From: Promethearchaeota archaeon | Lineage (GTDB): Archaea > Asgardarchaeota > Lokiarchaeia > Sigyniarchaeales > SOKP01 | Assembly (NCBI GenBank): GCA_019057865.1 | Contig: JAHLWP010000029.1 | Span: 1-55,598, forward strand | Length of the DNA stretch: 55,598 nucleotides | Reading direction: 5' to 3' | In this document: piece after piece, positions 43,105-52,250 of the stretch | How the letters are laid out: each line of letters begins with the position of its first letter | Numbering within the stretch: position 1 is the first letter of the stretch | Notes under the pieces: generated by a model | The model's database searches: none | What the model saw: only the letters and a program-made list of their open reading frames with translations | Told to the model about the DNA's origin: nothing | Translations under genes and position numbers: made by a program

Positions 43105-43335
43105 TTAATTTTCTGTAATGGTTGGCTCAATATCTTCAAGTTCTAAAAGTCTTTTAGCTTCTTCTTCTAAATCGACACTAAAGATATCGGTGATCCCACT
43201 TTGTTGCATTGAAACTCCATAGATTCTATCTGCATTAACAATGTTTTCCTCACGATGGCTTATCACCATAAATTGAGCTTGAGATGCAAATTCTTTGATA
43301 ACCATACTAACTCTATGTACATTAGGACTACTCAT
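43105..43335 (-). pseudogene. smc: Isolated 3' end of condensin smc (post-D-loop part of the head domain)
   Basis: PNVHRVSMVIKEFASQAQFMVISHREENIVNADRIYGVSMQQSG is the canonical SMC C-terminus (QF.VISH H-loop, AD.IYGV) directly upstream of scpA-scpB. Similarity stops abruptly at ~43327. Confidence 0.85.
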
Positions 43336-43881
43336 ATTTAATCATTTAGCTATAATAACTATCTAAGATAAATTATTCTCTATTCCTTTATTTTATTTAG
43401 CTATAGTATGATGATAGTATTTTACCTTAAAAAATATTAATAGTTTATACTACTATTAATAATCATTTACAAGAAAAATAATTACTCTATTTAACGACTT
43501 AACATATTGAATAAAAATTAATTTCTAAATATTTAGTAATTTTAAATTGGATATTTTTCATATTCTCTTTCATCAATCACCAACTCCTTTATAAATAAAT
43601 GAAGGAAAAGTGGATGCAATTTTCAAAATAAAGAAGATTTTTCAAAAATAATGTAAAACGGGTTATAAAGACGATTAATGAAATTTTTTTTTGATCTTTC
43701 CAAAATAATACAAAACTTATTCTTTAAATTTATGCTAGATATGGTAAAAGAGAAAGCTCTCGAGTAATTTTCTAATAATCAAATCTTTATACGACTCTAG
43801 TAAATAAATTGCATCAACTAAAGCAATAAATATATTTGGATTATAAATTTATAATTATTTTCAATTTTGACTTGGTTGATG

Positions 43882-45879
43882 TTAATCTTTTTTATTGGGA
43901 TCTTTTACCTCATCCAATTCTATCAAATCTGCTCTTGTTTTCTTATTATTAGAAACCTTTGTACTAAGATCATAATCGTATTTTAACACTTCAGACAATG
44001 AAATTATATTAACTTCATCTGAATTTCTAAATTTTCTTGTAAGAGATTCTTCAAATGTAGTTATAATTAATTGGCTGATTAGTCCTTTATCACAAATGTC
44101 TGTTAAATAATCAATAAGGTTAATTCGGTTTTCAAAATTCAAGTGTTCTAATGGTTCATCAATGAATAAGAAAGGAAGGTCTGTATATTTTTTAGCAAGC
44201 ACAGTCTTTATAAGAACTAATAAGATCATTTTTTCCCCTGCGCTGGCATTTTTATAGGATATATTTTCTCCATTTTTTTCAAAGTACGGTAAGTAATCAT
44301 CAGTAAAGAATAATCTTCTTTTCTCTGAGGGAAAAATTTTTTGCCAAATGTTCTGGATCTCATCTTTAATTTCGTTTAGGCTAACATTTCTTTGTTTATC
44401 CAGAACTTTTTTAGTTACCACCTCGATTAATTCACAAATTAAACCCCCTTTTATATTTTTCTGGTATTCTTTCTCATATTCTAAAGCACCTCTTACTTTT
44501 TCAGCAGCTTTTATTTCACTTAGTTTTTTCTGAATTTCTCTTTCCCGACTTTCATACTTTTTTCTTTTATCTTTTGATTGCCTTAATTCAGATTCAATCT
44601 TTTCTTTTTTCTCTTCATACTCAGATTTCTGTTCAGTCATCTCTTTTATTTTACTCGGATCAAACCTCCCTAGAGATTCTATTAATTTTAGAGAATCTTC
44701 TAACATTTGCTCTGAATCTCTTAAATTTTTTTCTTTTTTTCTTAAATCTTTTAATTCCTCATCAAACTGAGAAGTTTCTCTATGTATATGCTCTAATTCC
44801 ACGTGAATGTCCTTATGGAGTTCTAAAAATTCTAATTTTTTTAACGGTTTTTTACATAGCGGGCAGTCCACTTCAGGAATGTCGTATAGGTTATGTTCTA
44901 GTTTATCCATTATTTCCTGTATTTTTTTTCTCTCTTCTGTTTTAACGTTATTTTCTGCAATTTTTTGTTGTATTTTACTTATATCATCTCGATATTTACG
45001 CATATTCTTATGTTTTTGTTCAATCAATTCATTAATATTCTCTACTCTCAATAAAAATCCTTGTAGATTAAATTCTCGAATGTTAATCTCTAGAAATAAT
45101 TCCTTTTTCTGGTTATATATATTTTCGAGTTTTTCTAATTCTTTATTAAAAGTATAATGGTCCCTGTAATCTTTCTCATATTTCTCAGCTAATTCTGATC
45201 TTTCCTTTTCTTTTTTGAGAATTTCATCATCTACGTTCTTAATATTTTGGAGAACCATGTTTTTTTCTCTTTGCAGATCGACTTTTTTTCCTAGATCCTC
45301 CGGTTCTTCTATCTTTTCTAACTTCTCAATATAAGTTTTAGTTTCTTTTTTCTTTTTCTCAAAATCATTTTTTAAGTTTGTCACATATCTATAAAATTCA
45401 TTAATTTTTCCAATTCCGACCAAATTCTCCAAATAATCAATTAGATCTCTCTTATCAACCTTTAAAAAGTTATATATTTCTCCTTCAGGAGAGTATAAAA
45501 CATTTTCTAAAAACGACCGATTTGCTTTAAAAATATCAAGTATAAATTCTAATATCTCCACCTCGTCCTCAATTATTTCCTCCGTATATCTTTTGATTAA
45601 TTTATGTGTCTGTTTTCCATTATAGCACCGAGTAATTTCATACTTATCCTCTAAATGCTCAAACTCTAAAATTACCTCTGTATCGTCAACACTCCCTATC
45701 CTTTTTAATTCTTCATCTTTTCTATTTCTAACTCTTCCAATTAAACCATAAATAATAGCCTCTAGAGTGGATGTTTTCCCAATACCATTAAATCCAATAA
45801 TGAAATTAACTCCCTTTTTAAATTCCAAATTTAATTCTTTATGGCATTTCCACTCTTTTATCGATAGTTTTTTAATCAT
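43882..45879 (-). CDS. Rad50/SbcC-like SMC-family ATPase with zinc hook and short coiled coils
   Basis: GFNGIGKTS Walker A, central CPLC, ASAGEK signature, FIDEP Walker B; no Mre11/SbcD adjacent. Confidence 0.85.
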   Translation of the reverse strand: MIKKLSIKEWKCHKELNLEFKKGVNFIIGFNGIGKTSTLEAIIYGLIGRVRNRKDEELKRIGSVDDTEVILEFEHLEDKYEITRCYNGKQTHKLIKRYTEEIIEDEVEILEFILDIFKANRSFLENVLYSPEGEIYNFLKVDKRDLIDYLENLVGIGKINEFYRYVTNLKNDFEKKKKETKTYIEKLEKIEEPEDLGKKVDLQREKNMVLQNIKNVDDEILKKEKERSELAEKYEKDYRDHYTFNKELEKLENIYNQKKELFLEINIREFNLQGFLLRVENINELIEQKHKNMRKYRDDISKIQQKIAENNVKTEERKKIQEIMDKLEHNLYDIPEVDCPLCKKPLKKLEFLELHKDIHVELEHIHRETSQFDEELKDLRKKEKNLRDSEQMLEDSLKLIESLGRFDPSKIKEMTEQKSEYEEKKEKIESELRQSKDKRKKYESREREIQKKLSEIKAAEKVRGALEYEKEYQKNIKGGLICELIEVVTKKVLDKQRNVSLNEIKDEIQNIWQKIFPSEKRRLFFTDDYLPYFEKNGENISYKNASAGEKMILLVLIKTVLAKKYTDLPFLFIDEPLEHLNFENRINLIDYLTDICDKGLISQLIITTFEESLTRKFRNSDEVNIISLSEVLKYDYDLSTKVSNNKKTRADLIELDEVKDPNKKD

Positions 45880-46633
45880 TTGAATTTCCCCTACTAATTA
45901 TATCATTAAAATTCTTGTCAAATTCTTCCATATCGATATTTTCTAAGATAAAATCTGAAAATAATCTAATAAAGGGATTTATTTCATAAAGGTTGAGTTT
46001 AAGCATTTGTTTTTTTTTATCTTTATGAAATCGCTTTGATTTAAAATTTTCAAAGATATCAGTTAGATATGAACTAAATTGTTCTGTTGGATTTGGTGCT
46101 TGAGATTTCGCAATTTTTTTTATTTGTTTTTCTATGAGTTCTATAAATCGGTAGCGAAAAGTAATTTCCTCATCTAATAATCTTGCTAAGGCTTCAGCTT
46201 CAAAATCTATTAAAATCTCTTGGAGGTCAGAATAAATTTTATTTTTATACAATTTAAAAGATGATAAAGAATTATCGTTCCAAATTATAATGATTCCATC
46301 TTGCCCTTTACTATTAGTAAATAAACTCTGATAATCTTTAAGCTCCTCCTCATTTATGGTTGGCTCAGAATTATCATTAAATATTAACAGATATTCCTTT
46401 TGATTTATCTCAATAATATATCTAAATGGTAAAATTTCTGTAGTCTTAGGTATTTTTTTTAAAAAATCGATTTCTCTTATGCTGATTTCTGGTCGACTGA
46501 ATAATAGCTCTTTAATTCTCTCAAAAAATTCTAGAAATAAGTTCATTCTGTCATAATCATCTGAGAAAGTACTTTCAATTTTCATGAGATCTTCGGGATA
46601 TTTATCTGGGTCCTTACTCAATTTAACATACAC
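45872..46633 (-). CDS. Hypothetical protein overlapping both the PIN and Rad50-like genes
   Basis: 253-aa ORF overlapping its neighbours by 8 and 11 nt; alpha/beta core. Confidence 0.65.
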   Translation of the reverse strand: MYVKLSKDPDKYPEDLMKIESTFSDDYDRMNLFLEFFERIKELLFSRPEISIREIDFLKKIPKTTEILPFRYIIEINQKEYLLIFNDNSEPTINEEELKDYQSLFTNSKGQDGIIIIWNDNSLSSFKLYKNKIYSDLQEILIDFEAEALARLLDEEITFRYRFIELIEKQIKKIAKSQAPNPTEQFSSYLTDIFENFKSKRFHKDKKKQMLKLNLYEINPFIRLFSDFILENIDMEEFDKNFNDIISRGNSND

Positions 46634-47444
46634 CTAAGCTAGTTTTTTCTGCTATCGCAGGTTCAAATACATCAAAAATCCAATCTTCATATTTTATTCT
46701 TTTTCTAATCTTAACTCTTTTTGGTTTGCCTTCAGTCACTTTCTTTAGAATAAATCTTCTAAATTCTCTTAGGTCATCATAATGACAGCATTTATATAGG
46801 TGCGTTAAGTGTGTTAAAAGCATAATCCCATTTACATTTCTGGTCTTGTAAACTTGACCTGCTAATGATATTCGTCCTTGGGCTTTGACATGAGCAACAA
46901 ATTTACGAAAACTGTCATCACCTGTTACAATTAAATATTTATAATTGTGGTGAAGGTTGATTTCTTCTAGCGCGCCTAGTAAAAAAGATAAATCTCGATA
47001 ATCAATTTCTGACAACCGTCTATTAGGATTCCTAGTAAAATTATCTGCTTTAATTTTCAGGTCTCTTAAAGCATCACGGTCCACAATATGGTTGTTTATT
47101 CCATTTAATAAAATATCTAAAAAATTTCGCTGATATGATGCGCCCAAATTGTTTAAAAACCTAACCTCATAGAGAAACGTTCCCTTATACTCCTTTTCAA
47201 TACCTAAATTTGAAGCAAAAAATCCTCCGAAAGAGCAATCTGCTTTTATACCCGCAAAAACATTCCTGAAATCATTCAGTATATCATGGTAATGCCTATT
47301 TCTAAATTCTTGTTCTGAGGGATAATTCTCCTGGCTATATTTAGCTTCAGAAAGATATTGCATATAATGGATTAGGGCATTTGTATCCATAATAGTGCTA
47401 CACCTATTTGGACAATCTCTATTAATTCGGGGACAAATAACCAT
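46623..47444 (-). CDS. PIN-domain ribonuclease-like protein
   Basis: IMDTNAL...E...IDYRDLSFL...LIVTGD acidic PIN pattern. Confidence 0.7.
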   Translation of the reverse strand: MVICPRINRDCPNRCSTIMDTNALIHYMQYLSEAKYSQENYPSEQEFRNRHYHDILNDFRNVFAGIKADCSFGGFFASNLGIEKEYKGTFLYEVRFLNNLGASYQRNFLDILLNGINNHIVDRDALRDLKIKADNFTRNPNRRLSEIDYRDLSFLLGALEEINLHHNYKYLIVTGDDSFRKFVAHVKAQGRISLAGQVYKTRNVNGIMLLTHLTHLYKCCHYDDLREFRRFILKKVTEGKPKRVKIRKRIKYEDWIFDVFEPAIAEKTSLGVC

Positions 47445-48150
47445 TTATTACTCACAACTATTATAAGTAAAAATCTATAAAAATTGAAAACATTGAAAAA
47501 CAAATTTTCCAATTAGAATTATATGATTTTTATCTTTAATATTACCAAAAAAATTACCCTTTTTATAATTATTCAAATTCATCAAAAAGAAAAAGAATTG
47601 GTCTATTTAATAGCTTAACATATTAAATAGAAATTAATTTCTTTGTATATAATAAGATTAATCCAAACAACAACATCATTAGGTTTAATTTCTATTACTT
47701 TTAAAAATGCTTCAATTGCTTAAGTAAAATTTTTTTCGTTAAAAAAATCTGATATCCTTTCCATACAATTGTGACTCAATATTTCTTTATTAGAAGACAT
47801 ACCATTTATCTATGACTTCCTCAAAAGTTTCATTTTCAGAAATACTTATTTCACTTTTTTTTACCTTATTTACTATAATACTATCAAGAATTCTTATTAT
47901 CTTAAATATCCTTAGAATACAGTTTGACTTTAACTTAATAATTTCAATAACAAACAGCATGAAAACGATAAAGAATAGGGATTAATTTTAATATTTACTG
48001 GTGCTGGATACATATCAGTAGGACTAGAATTGTCAACATCAATAGATACGCCTAAAAATAACTTTCCACAATCAAGACATTGGTTTTCAAATTTATTTAT
48101 TAGATCATTTAATTTTTCTTTTCTATTTTCCAAAAATTTTCACAATTAAT

Positions 48151-48312
48151 TTATTTTAAAACTTTTTTAACTATTAGATTATCTTCTTTTAATTGAATAC
48201 CAACATAGGTACCCTTTTTTATCTTTAATTCTTCGCACATCTCTTTCGGAATAACAAGTGCCAAACTATTACCTAATTTTACAACTTTAGATACGCTAAT
48301 ATTTTGAGACAT
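48151..48312 (-). CDS. AbrB/MazE/SpoVT swapped-hairpin DNA-binding protein (53 aa)
   Basis: Manual translation MSQNISVSKVVKLGNSLALVIPKEMCEELKIKKGTYVGIQLKEDNLIVKKVLK; below the ORF-track cutoff. Confidence 0.85.
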   Translation of the reverse strand: MSQNISVSKVVKLGNSLALVIPKEMCEELKIKKGTYVGIQLKEDNLIVKKVLK

Positions 48313-48333
48313 GAAAAATACCTTTAAAATTTA

Positions 48334-50190
48334 TTATATAATGTGTTCTATAGCTAATTCTTCCATAGAGCTTTCAGGGGCTAATTGAGTAATTACAACA
48401 TAATCGGATATATTTGCTATATATTCTTTCAGTTTTTCCATACGATCATCATCATAACTTGTAACAATTTCATCGATTACAAATAATGGAAAATCTGGAA
48501 GATATTCTTCTTTAGCAGCAATTAATAGAGTTATGCCAATTGTGTATCGTTCCGATGTTGAAAGTGCTTCTAGAGCCCAATCAGATAATATTTTTCCATC
48601 CTTTTCTCGAGTGATGTAAATCTTATAATCATCTTTAATTAAAACCTCCTTAAAATCAGTAAAGCCTAGTTCCTCGTATATTTCGTTTATTCTTTCATTA
48701 AATTTTTCAGCCGCTTTTTCTGTTATTTCGTCTTTCCTTCTTTTTAAATAAGAAAAACACTCGTCTAAAAATTCTATCTTATTTGTTAAAATTTCGGCTC
48801 TTTTTGTGCTATCTTCCAATTCTTTGATTCTCTTTTTTGTTTCTTTTATTTTAGATTCAAGAATTTGGATTCTGTCTTCAATTTTATCTCTCTCCTTTTT
48901 TAATTCAAGTATATCATCGCTAACATTTTCTAATAATTTGTAAATTTCCTTTTCTAGTGATTTTTGTTCTTCTATATTATCCTCTAATTCTTTTTGGATT
49001 TTGTCTAAATCTAATTCTCTTCTAGCTAAAGATTTTTCGCTTTTTGATAAATTTGTTCTTTGTATACTTAATTCTCTTTCTTGAATTTGTAAGTCATTAA
49101 TTTCATCTCGATAATCTTCTATTTCTCTATTTACTTTTTTTAATTGTTTTGAATAATCTCTTTTGGCTAATTCAAGACTTTTTTCGAAATCTTGTAATTC
49201 TTTTAGCGTTAATGGTTTTCCACAAGCATAACATTTATCTTCTTCATATTTTTTTCTTTTAATCCAATTATCGTTTATTGATTTTAACTCATCATCAATT
49301 TTTGATAATTCTTGTTGAATTTCTTTCCTCATTTTTATGCTTTCTTGTAATGAATCTTTTAAAACCTCAATTCTTTTTGTAATCTGAGGGTGTTCCTTTT
49401 CAATTTCAGAAATTATTTCTATTAATCTGTTGATTTCCATTTTTAAATTGTTTATTTGTTGATTTAAACTTTCAATTTTTCCCTTTATCTCTCTTATCGT
49501 TTTGTCTATTTTTTCTTTCTCATTTTTTGTCTCAAAATATTTTTCTCTTAAATTTTTATCTTTCAATAGTTGTTCTTCATCAATTTCCGGAAGTTTTTCT
49601 AACATTTTTAAATATTTACTCTTTTCTTTTAAATCATTTTCTAATGTAGTATTAATTTCTTCCAGTAAAATCAAATCTCTTTTATATATTTGGTATTGAC
49701 GATTGTAATTTCGTTGAAATTTTTCTAAAGATTTAGCAATTACATCATAAGATTTACTACCTGAAATATCTTCAATATATTCCCTTATTGATTTACCATA
49801 AAGAATTGAATTCATTAATTTATTTTCAGGAGTTGCGAAACATACTTGTGATAAATTGATTCCTTTTAATGGAAATGGATCTCCAGAAATAGCTAAGAGA
49901 TAATCTTTATTTTGAGGTCTTCTAAATGTACGCTTCCAAGAATCAGTATCAGAAATCAATTCTACTTCTAATTTTTCATCTGGAGCAGTTGCGAACATGT
50001 TCATATAATATCCCTTTCCTTTTAATTCTGAAGTAGGGATTAGAAACAACTCCAAACCTCTTGTAAAACTTGTTTTTCCTTTAGCATTAGGAGCTTTTAC
50101 AACATTTAAGCCCTTTTTTAAATTAAACGAATAAGTGCCTCTAAACACTCCAACATTCTCAAAATTTACTTTAATTTCATCACTACTCAT
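48334..50190 (-). CDS. Archaea-specific SMC-related ATPase (Sph/ClsN/Arcadin-4-like) with central CxxC
   Basis: APNAKGKTS Walker A variant, CYAC hook, LSTSER signature, FVIDE, DYVVITQL. ATG at 50190 overlaps the upstream stop. Confidence 0.8.
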   Translation of the reverse strand: MSSDEIKVNFENVGVFRGTYSFNLKKGLNVVKAPNAKGKTSFTRGLELFLIPTSELKGKGYYMNMFATAPDEKLEVELISDTDSWKRTFRRPQNKDYLLAISGDPFPLKGINLSQVCFATPENKLMNSILYGKSIREYIEDISGSKSYDVIAKSLEKFQRNYNRQYQIYKRDLILLEEINTTLENDLKEKSKYLKMLEKLPEIDEEQLLKDKNLREKYFETKNEKEKIDKTIREIKGKIESLNQQINNLKMEINRLIEIISEIEKEHPQITKRIEVLKDSLQESIKMRKEIQQELSKIDDELKSINDNWIKRKKYEEDKCYACGKPLTLKELQDFEKSLELAKRDYSKQLKKVNREIEDYRDEINDLQIQERELSIQRTNLSKSEKSLARRELDLDKIQKELEDNIEEQKSLEKEIYKLLENVSDDILELKKERDKIEDRIQILESKIKETKKRIKELEDSTKRAEILTNKIEFLDECFSYLKRRKDEITEKAAEKFNERINEIYEELGFTDFKEVLIKDDYKIYITREKDGKILSDWALEALSTSERYTIGITLLIAAKEEYLPDFPLFVIDEIVTSYDDDRMEKLKEYIANISDYVVITQLAPESSMEELAIEHII

Positions 50191-50380
50191 AATATTTCGC
50201 CACAATATCATTAATTAATTTTTCTAATTCATCTTCAGCTTTTTTTGATAGATTTTTTTTATATATTTGATGATTTTCTATCAATTGCCTTATTCCATTT
50301 TCAAATTCACTAAACATTCGATCTTTAGATTCTTTACCTTCTCGAGTTCTTTTTTTATTGTTGGTTTCTTTTCTAGACAT
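50183..50380 (-). CDS. Small helical ORF, possibly the frameshifted C-terminus of the upstream ORF
   Basis: Its stop overlaps the start of the SMC-like gene; overlaps the upstream ORF by 91 nt. Confidence 0.45.
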   Translation of the reverse strand: MSRKETNNKKRTREGKESKDRMFSEFENGIRQLIENHQIYKKNLSKKAEDELEKLINDIVAKYYE

Positions 50381-50640
50381 TTTACTACCTCTTTAACAAT
50401 ATTTGGTAAATCTCTTTCATATATAGGTTCTGTAATAAATAAATCTAATTTATTATTACATCTTTTTTTTAATGACCATAATAAGGTTAACAATTCTCCA
50501 TTTGCTTCCATCAGGAAAGTTCTCGAATCGAGTTTTTCAATAAAATAGTTTTGCAAATTTTTTCTGTTTCTTCCTTTTTTCCAGTTCCAAATAGTTTTTA
50601 ATACACTATTTTCTGTACAATGAACTAATATGAATGTAAT
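50290..50640 (-). CDS. Small hypothetical protein; probable ATT start at 50640
   Basis: AGGTGA-6nt-ATT, then an open frame (TFILVHCTENSVLKTIWNW...) running into the tracked ORF 50290..50556. Confidence 0.55.
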   Translation of the reverse strand: MTFILVHCTENSVLKTIWNWKKGRNRKNLQNYFIEKLDSRTFLMEANGELLTLLWSLKKRCNNKLDLFITEPIYERDLPNIVKEVVKCLEKKPTIKKELEKVKNLKIECLVNLKME

Positions 50641-50657
50641 AATTTTTCACCTTAAAA

Positions 50658-50682
50658 TACTCGCGACGCAGCGTCGCGAGTA
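50658..50682. promoter_or_regulatory. Perfect GC-rich inverted repeat (hairpin or operator/loading site)
   Basis: TACTCGCGACGC-A-GCGTCGCGAGTA with 12-bp arms, in very AT-rich intergenic DNA. Confidence 0.7.
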
Positions 50683-50692
50683 AAATTTTATA

Positions 50693-51412
50693 TTAAACAT
50701 TTGAATCTTTAAGAATTTTATCAATATATAATGATATTATTTTTTTCTCTAATGTTCGCATAGATTTAATCTTTTCAAACTCAATTTTTGTTCTAATATC
50801 TTCAAACTCCAAATTTAACTTTAAACATTTTTTTTTTGTGATTTCTATGAGCGTTTCTTCACTTGGAATAGGAAATTCAATATTGTAAAGTCGATCTTTA
50901 ATCGCTTTGTCTATTAAGTCGTATCTATTCGTCGTTAATATCACTGATATTTTTGTTGTATTTAATTCATCTAATCGATGGAAAAACACATTATTTTGAG
51001 CAAGGTGCCAAGATTCGCCCTTAATCCAATCTCTTTTTGGAAAAATTGATTCACAATCATCTATAAGGATAATAGAATGTCTGAATTGAGTTGCTTTTTG
51101 AAAGAGAATGGAGATTTGTTGTTCTGACTGTCCATATAACGAACGAGCAATATCCGCACCGTCAACAAAAATCAAATGACTATTAAGTTCTTTAGCTATA
51201 ATTTTTCCAATTAGAGTTTTCCCTAATCCAACATCACCATGAAAGAGAAATCCTGATATTCCATCTTCTATATGGTATTTCTGCTGAAATCTTATTATTT
51301 TTCTGACATCTTCTAATATATTTTGATATTCTTCGCCAATAACATCGTTTTTATTTTGTTTAATTTCATCTGATGAATAAATTTTAAAAGCTTCTTCAGT
51401 TCTTCTTGACAA
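50693..51412 (-). CDS. Stand-alone classic-clade AAA+ ATPase (Vps4/Cdc48/Pch2-like module)
   Basis: GDVGLGKT, pore loop SLYGQSE, Walker B IILIDDCES, SRH TTNRYDLIDKAIKDR. Confidence 0.88.
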   Translation of the reverse strand: MSRRTEEAFKIYSSDEIKQNKNDVIGEEYQNILEDVRKIIRFQQKYHIEDGISGFLFHGDVGLGKTLIGKIIAKELNSHLIFVDGADIARSLYGQSEQQISILFQKATQFRHSIILIDDCESIFPKRDWIKGESWHLAQNNVFFHRLDELNTTKISVILTTNRYDLIDKAIKDRLYNIEFPIPSEETLIEITKKKCLKLNLEFEDIRTKIEFEKIKSMRTLEKKIISLYIDKILKDSNV

Positions 51413-51428
51413 TGTATTTCAATCCCTT

Positions 51429-52250
51429 CTACAATTCTCGTTCTTCTTCTAATTTTAATTCTTCTGCTAAATTAACCCATTGTTTCATAGCATATATCGA
51501 GGCTGTGTTAAAAATTATCTTTTTCTCCCCTAAGTGGTGTATTAATTTTATATCTTTTGGTTTTTTTTGATCTCTTTCTATTACATTAGTAAAATGTCTA
51601 TATTCTAACTCGCTGTCCTCAAAAAGTTTCTTAAAATCCTCTAATTTCATTTCTCCCTTAAAATTTTCAGCTACCATTAAAGCAGAAGCAATTGGGTATA
51701 TCAATCTAAATCCTTTTTGTAAAATACCCGATGCTATCATTCTACTAATTGAACTACCATAAATATCTGCTTCATAACCACGCTTTATAGTATCTTCAAT
51801 AAATTTTTCCCAAATAGATGTTAATTTAAGAAAAGAGTTTTCAATGTCTTTTCCAATAATTTCAATGTATCCATGTTCCTGAAGCAAAAACAGATTTTTA
51901 ACGACATTTCTCAATCCACTGCAAGCATTTCTAATAAAGAAAAATGGAATTTCTCCACTTTTCTTTCTTGTCAAGCGTTCTTCCATTTTTTCTAATGTCC
52001 CAGTTTTTTCATAGTATTCTTTATCATCTTTTAATCTTCGTTCAAGATCCTCTGCTTCAATTTTCCCATCAACAATTAATGCAAACATAACGGATAAAAT
52101 TGATTCAATCCCTTCAAGATGTGAGAATGTTGATATATCAAAAGATTGAACTCCTCTTAAAAGACGGTCGTTGCTACTGTCTAATCCGTTATAAATGAGA
52201 TCATCAAACGATTTTATTAAATAATTATACGCTATTCCTTCAATTTCCAT
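51429..52250 (-). CDS. Putative tandem winged-helix protein B (paralog of 52251..53072)
   Basis: LFLLQEHGYIEI...LKLTSIW wHTH pattern; colinear similarity to its neighbour. Confidence 0.7.
   Translation of the reverse strand: MEIEGIAYNYLIKSFDDLIYNGLDSSNDRLLRGVQSFDISTFSHLEGIESILSVMFALIVDGKIEAEDLERRLKDDKEYYEKTGTLEKMEERLTRKKSGEIPFFFIRNACSGLRNVVKNLFLLQEHGYIEIIGKDIENSFLKLTSIWEKFIEDTIKRGYEADIYGSSISRMIASGILQKGFRLIYPIASALMVAENFKGEMKLEDFKKLFEDSELEYRHFTNVIERDQKKPKDIKLIHHLGEKKIIFNTASIYAMKQWVNLAEELKLEEEREL

Noticed and set aside
43882-45879. Housekeeping rad50, or the missing 5' part of smc
   Set aside because: No mre11/herA/nurA neighbours. It has its own complete head and a zinc hook rather than a hinge, so it is not the rest of smc.
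47930-48133. 67-aa ORF with CLDC
   Set aside because: No coherent domain and surrounded by stop-rich degraded DNA; likely a remnant or spurious.
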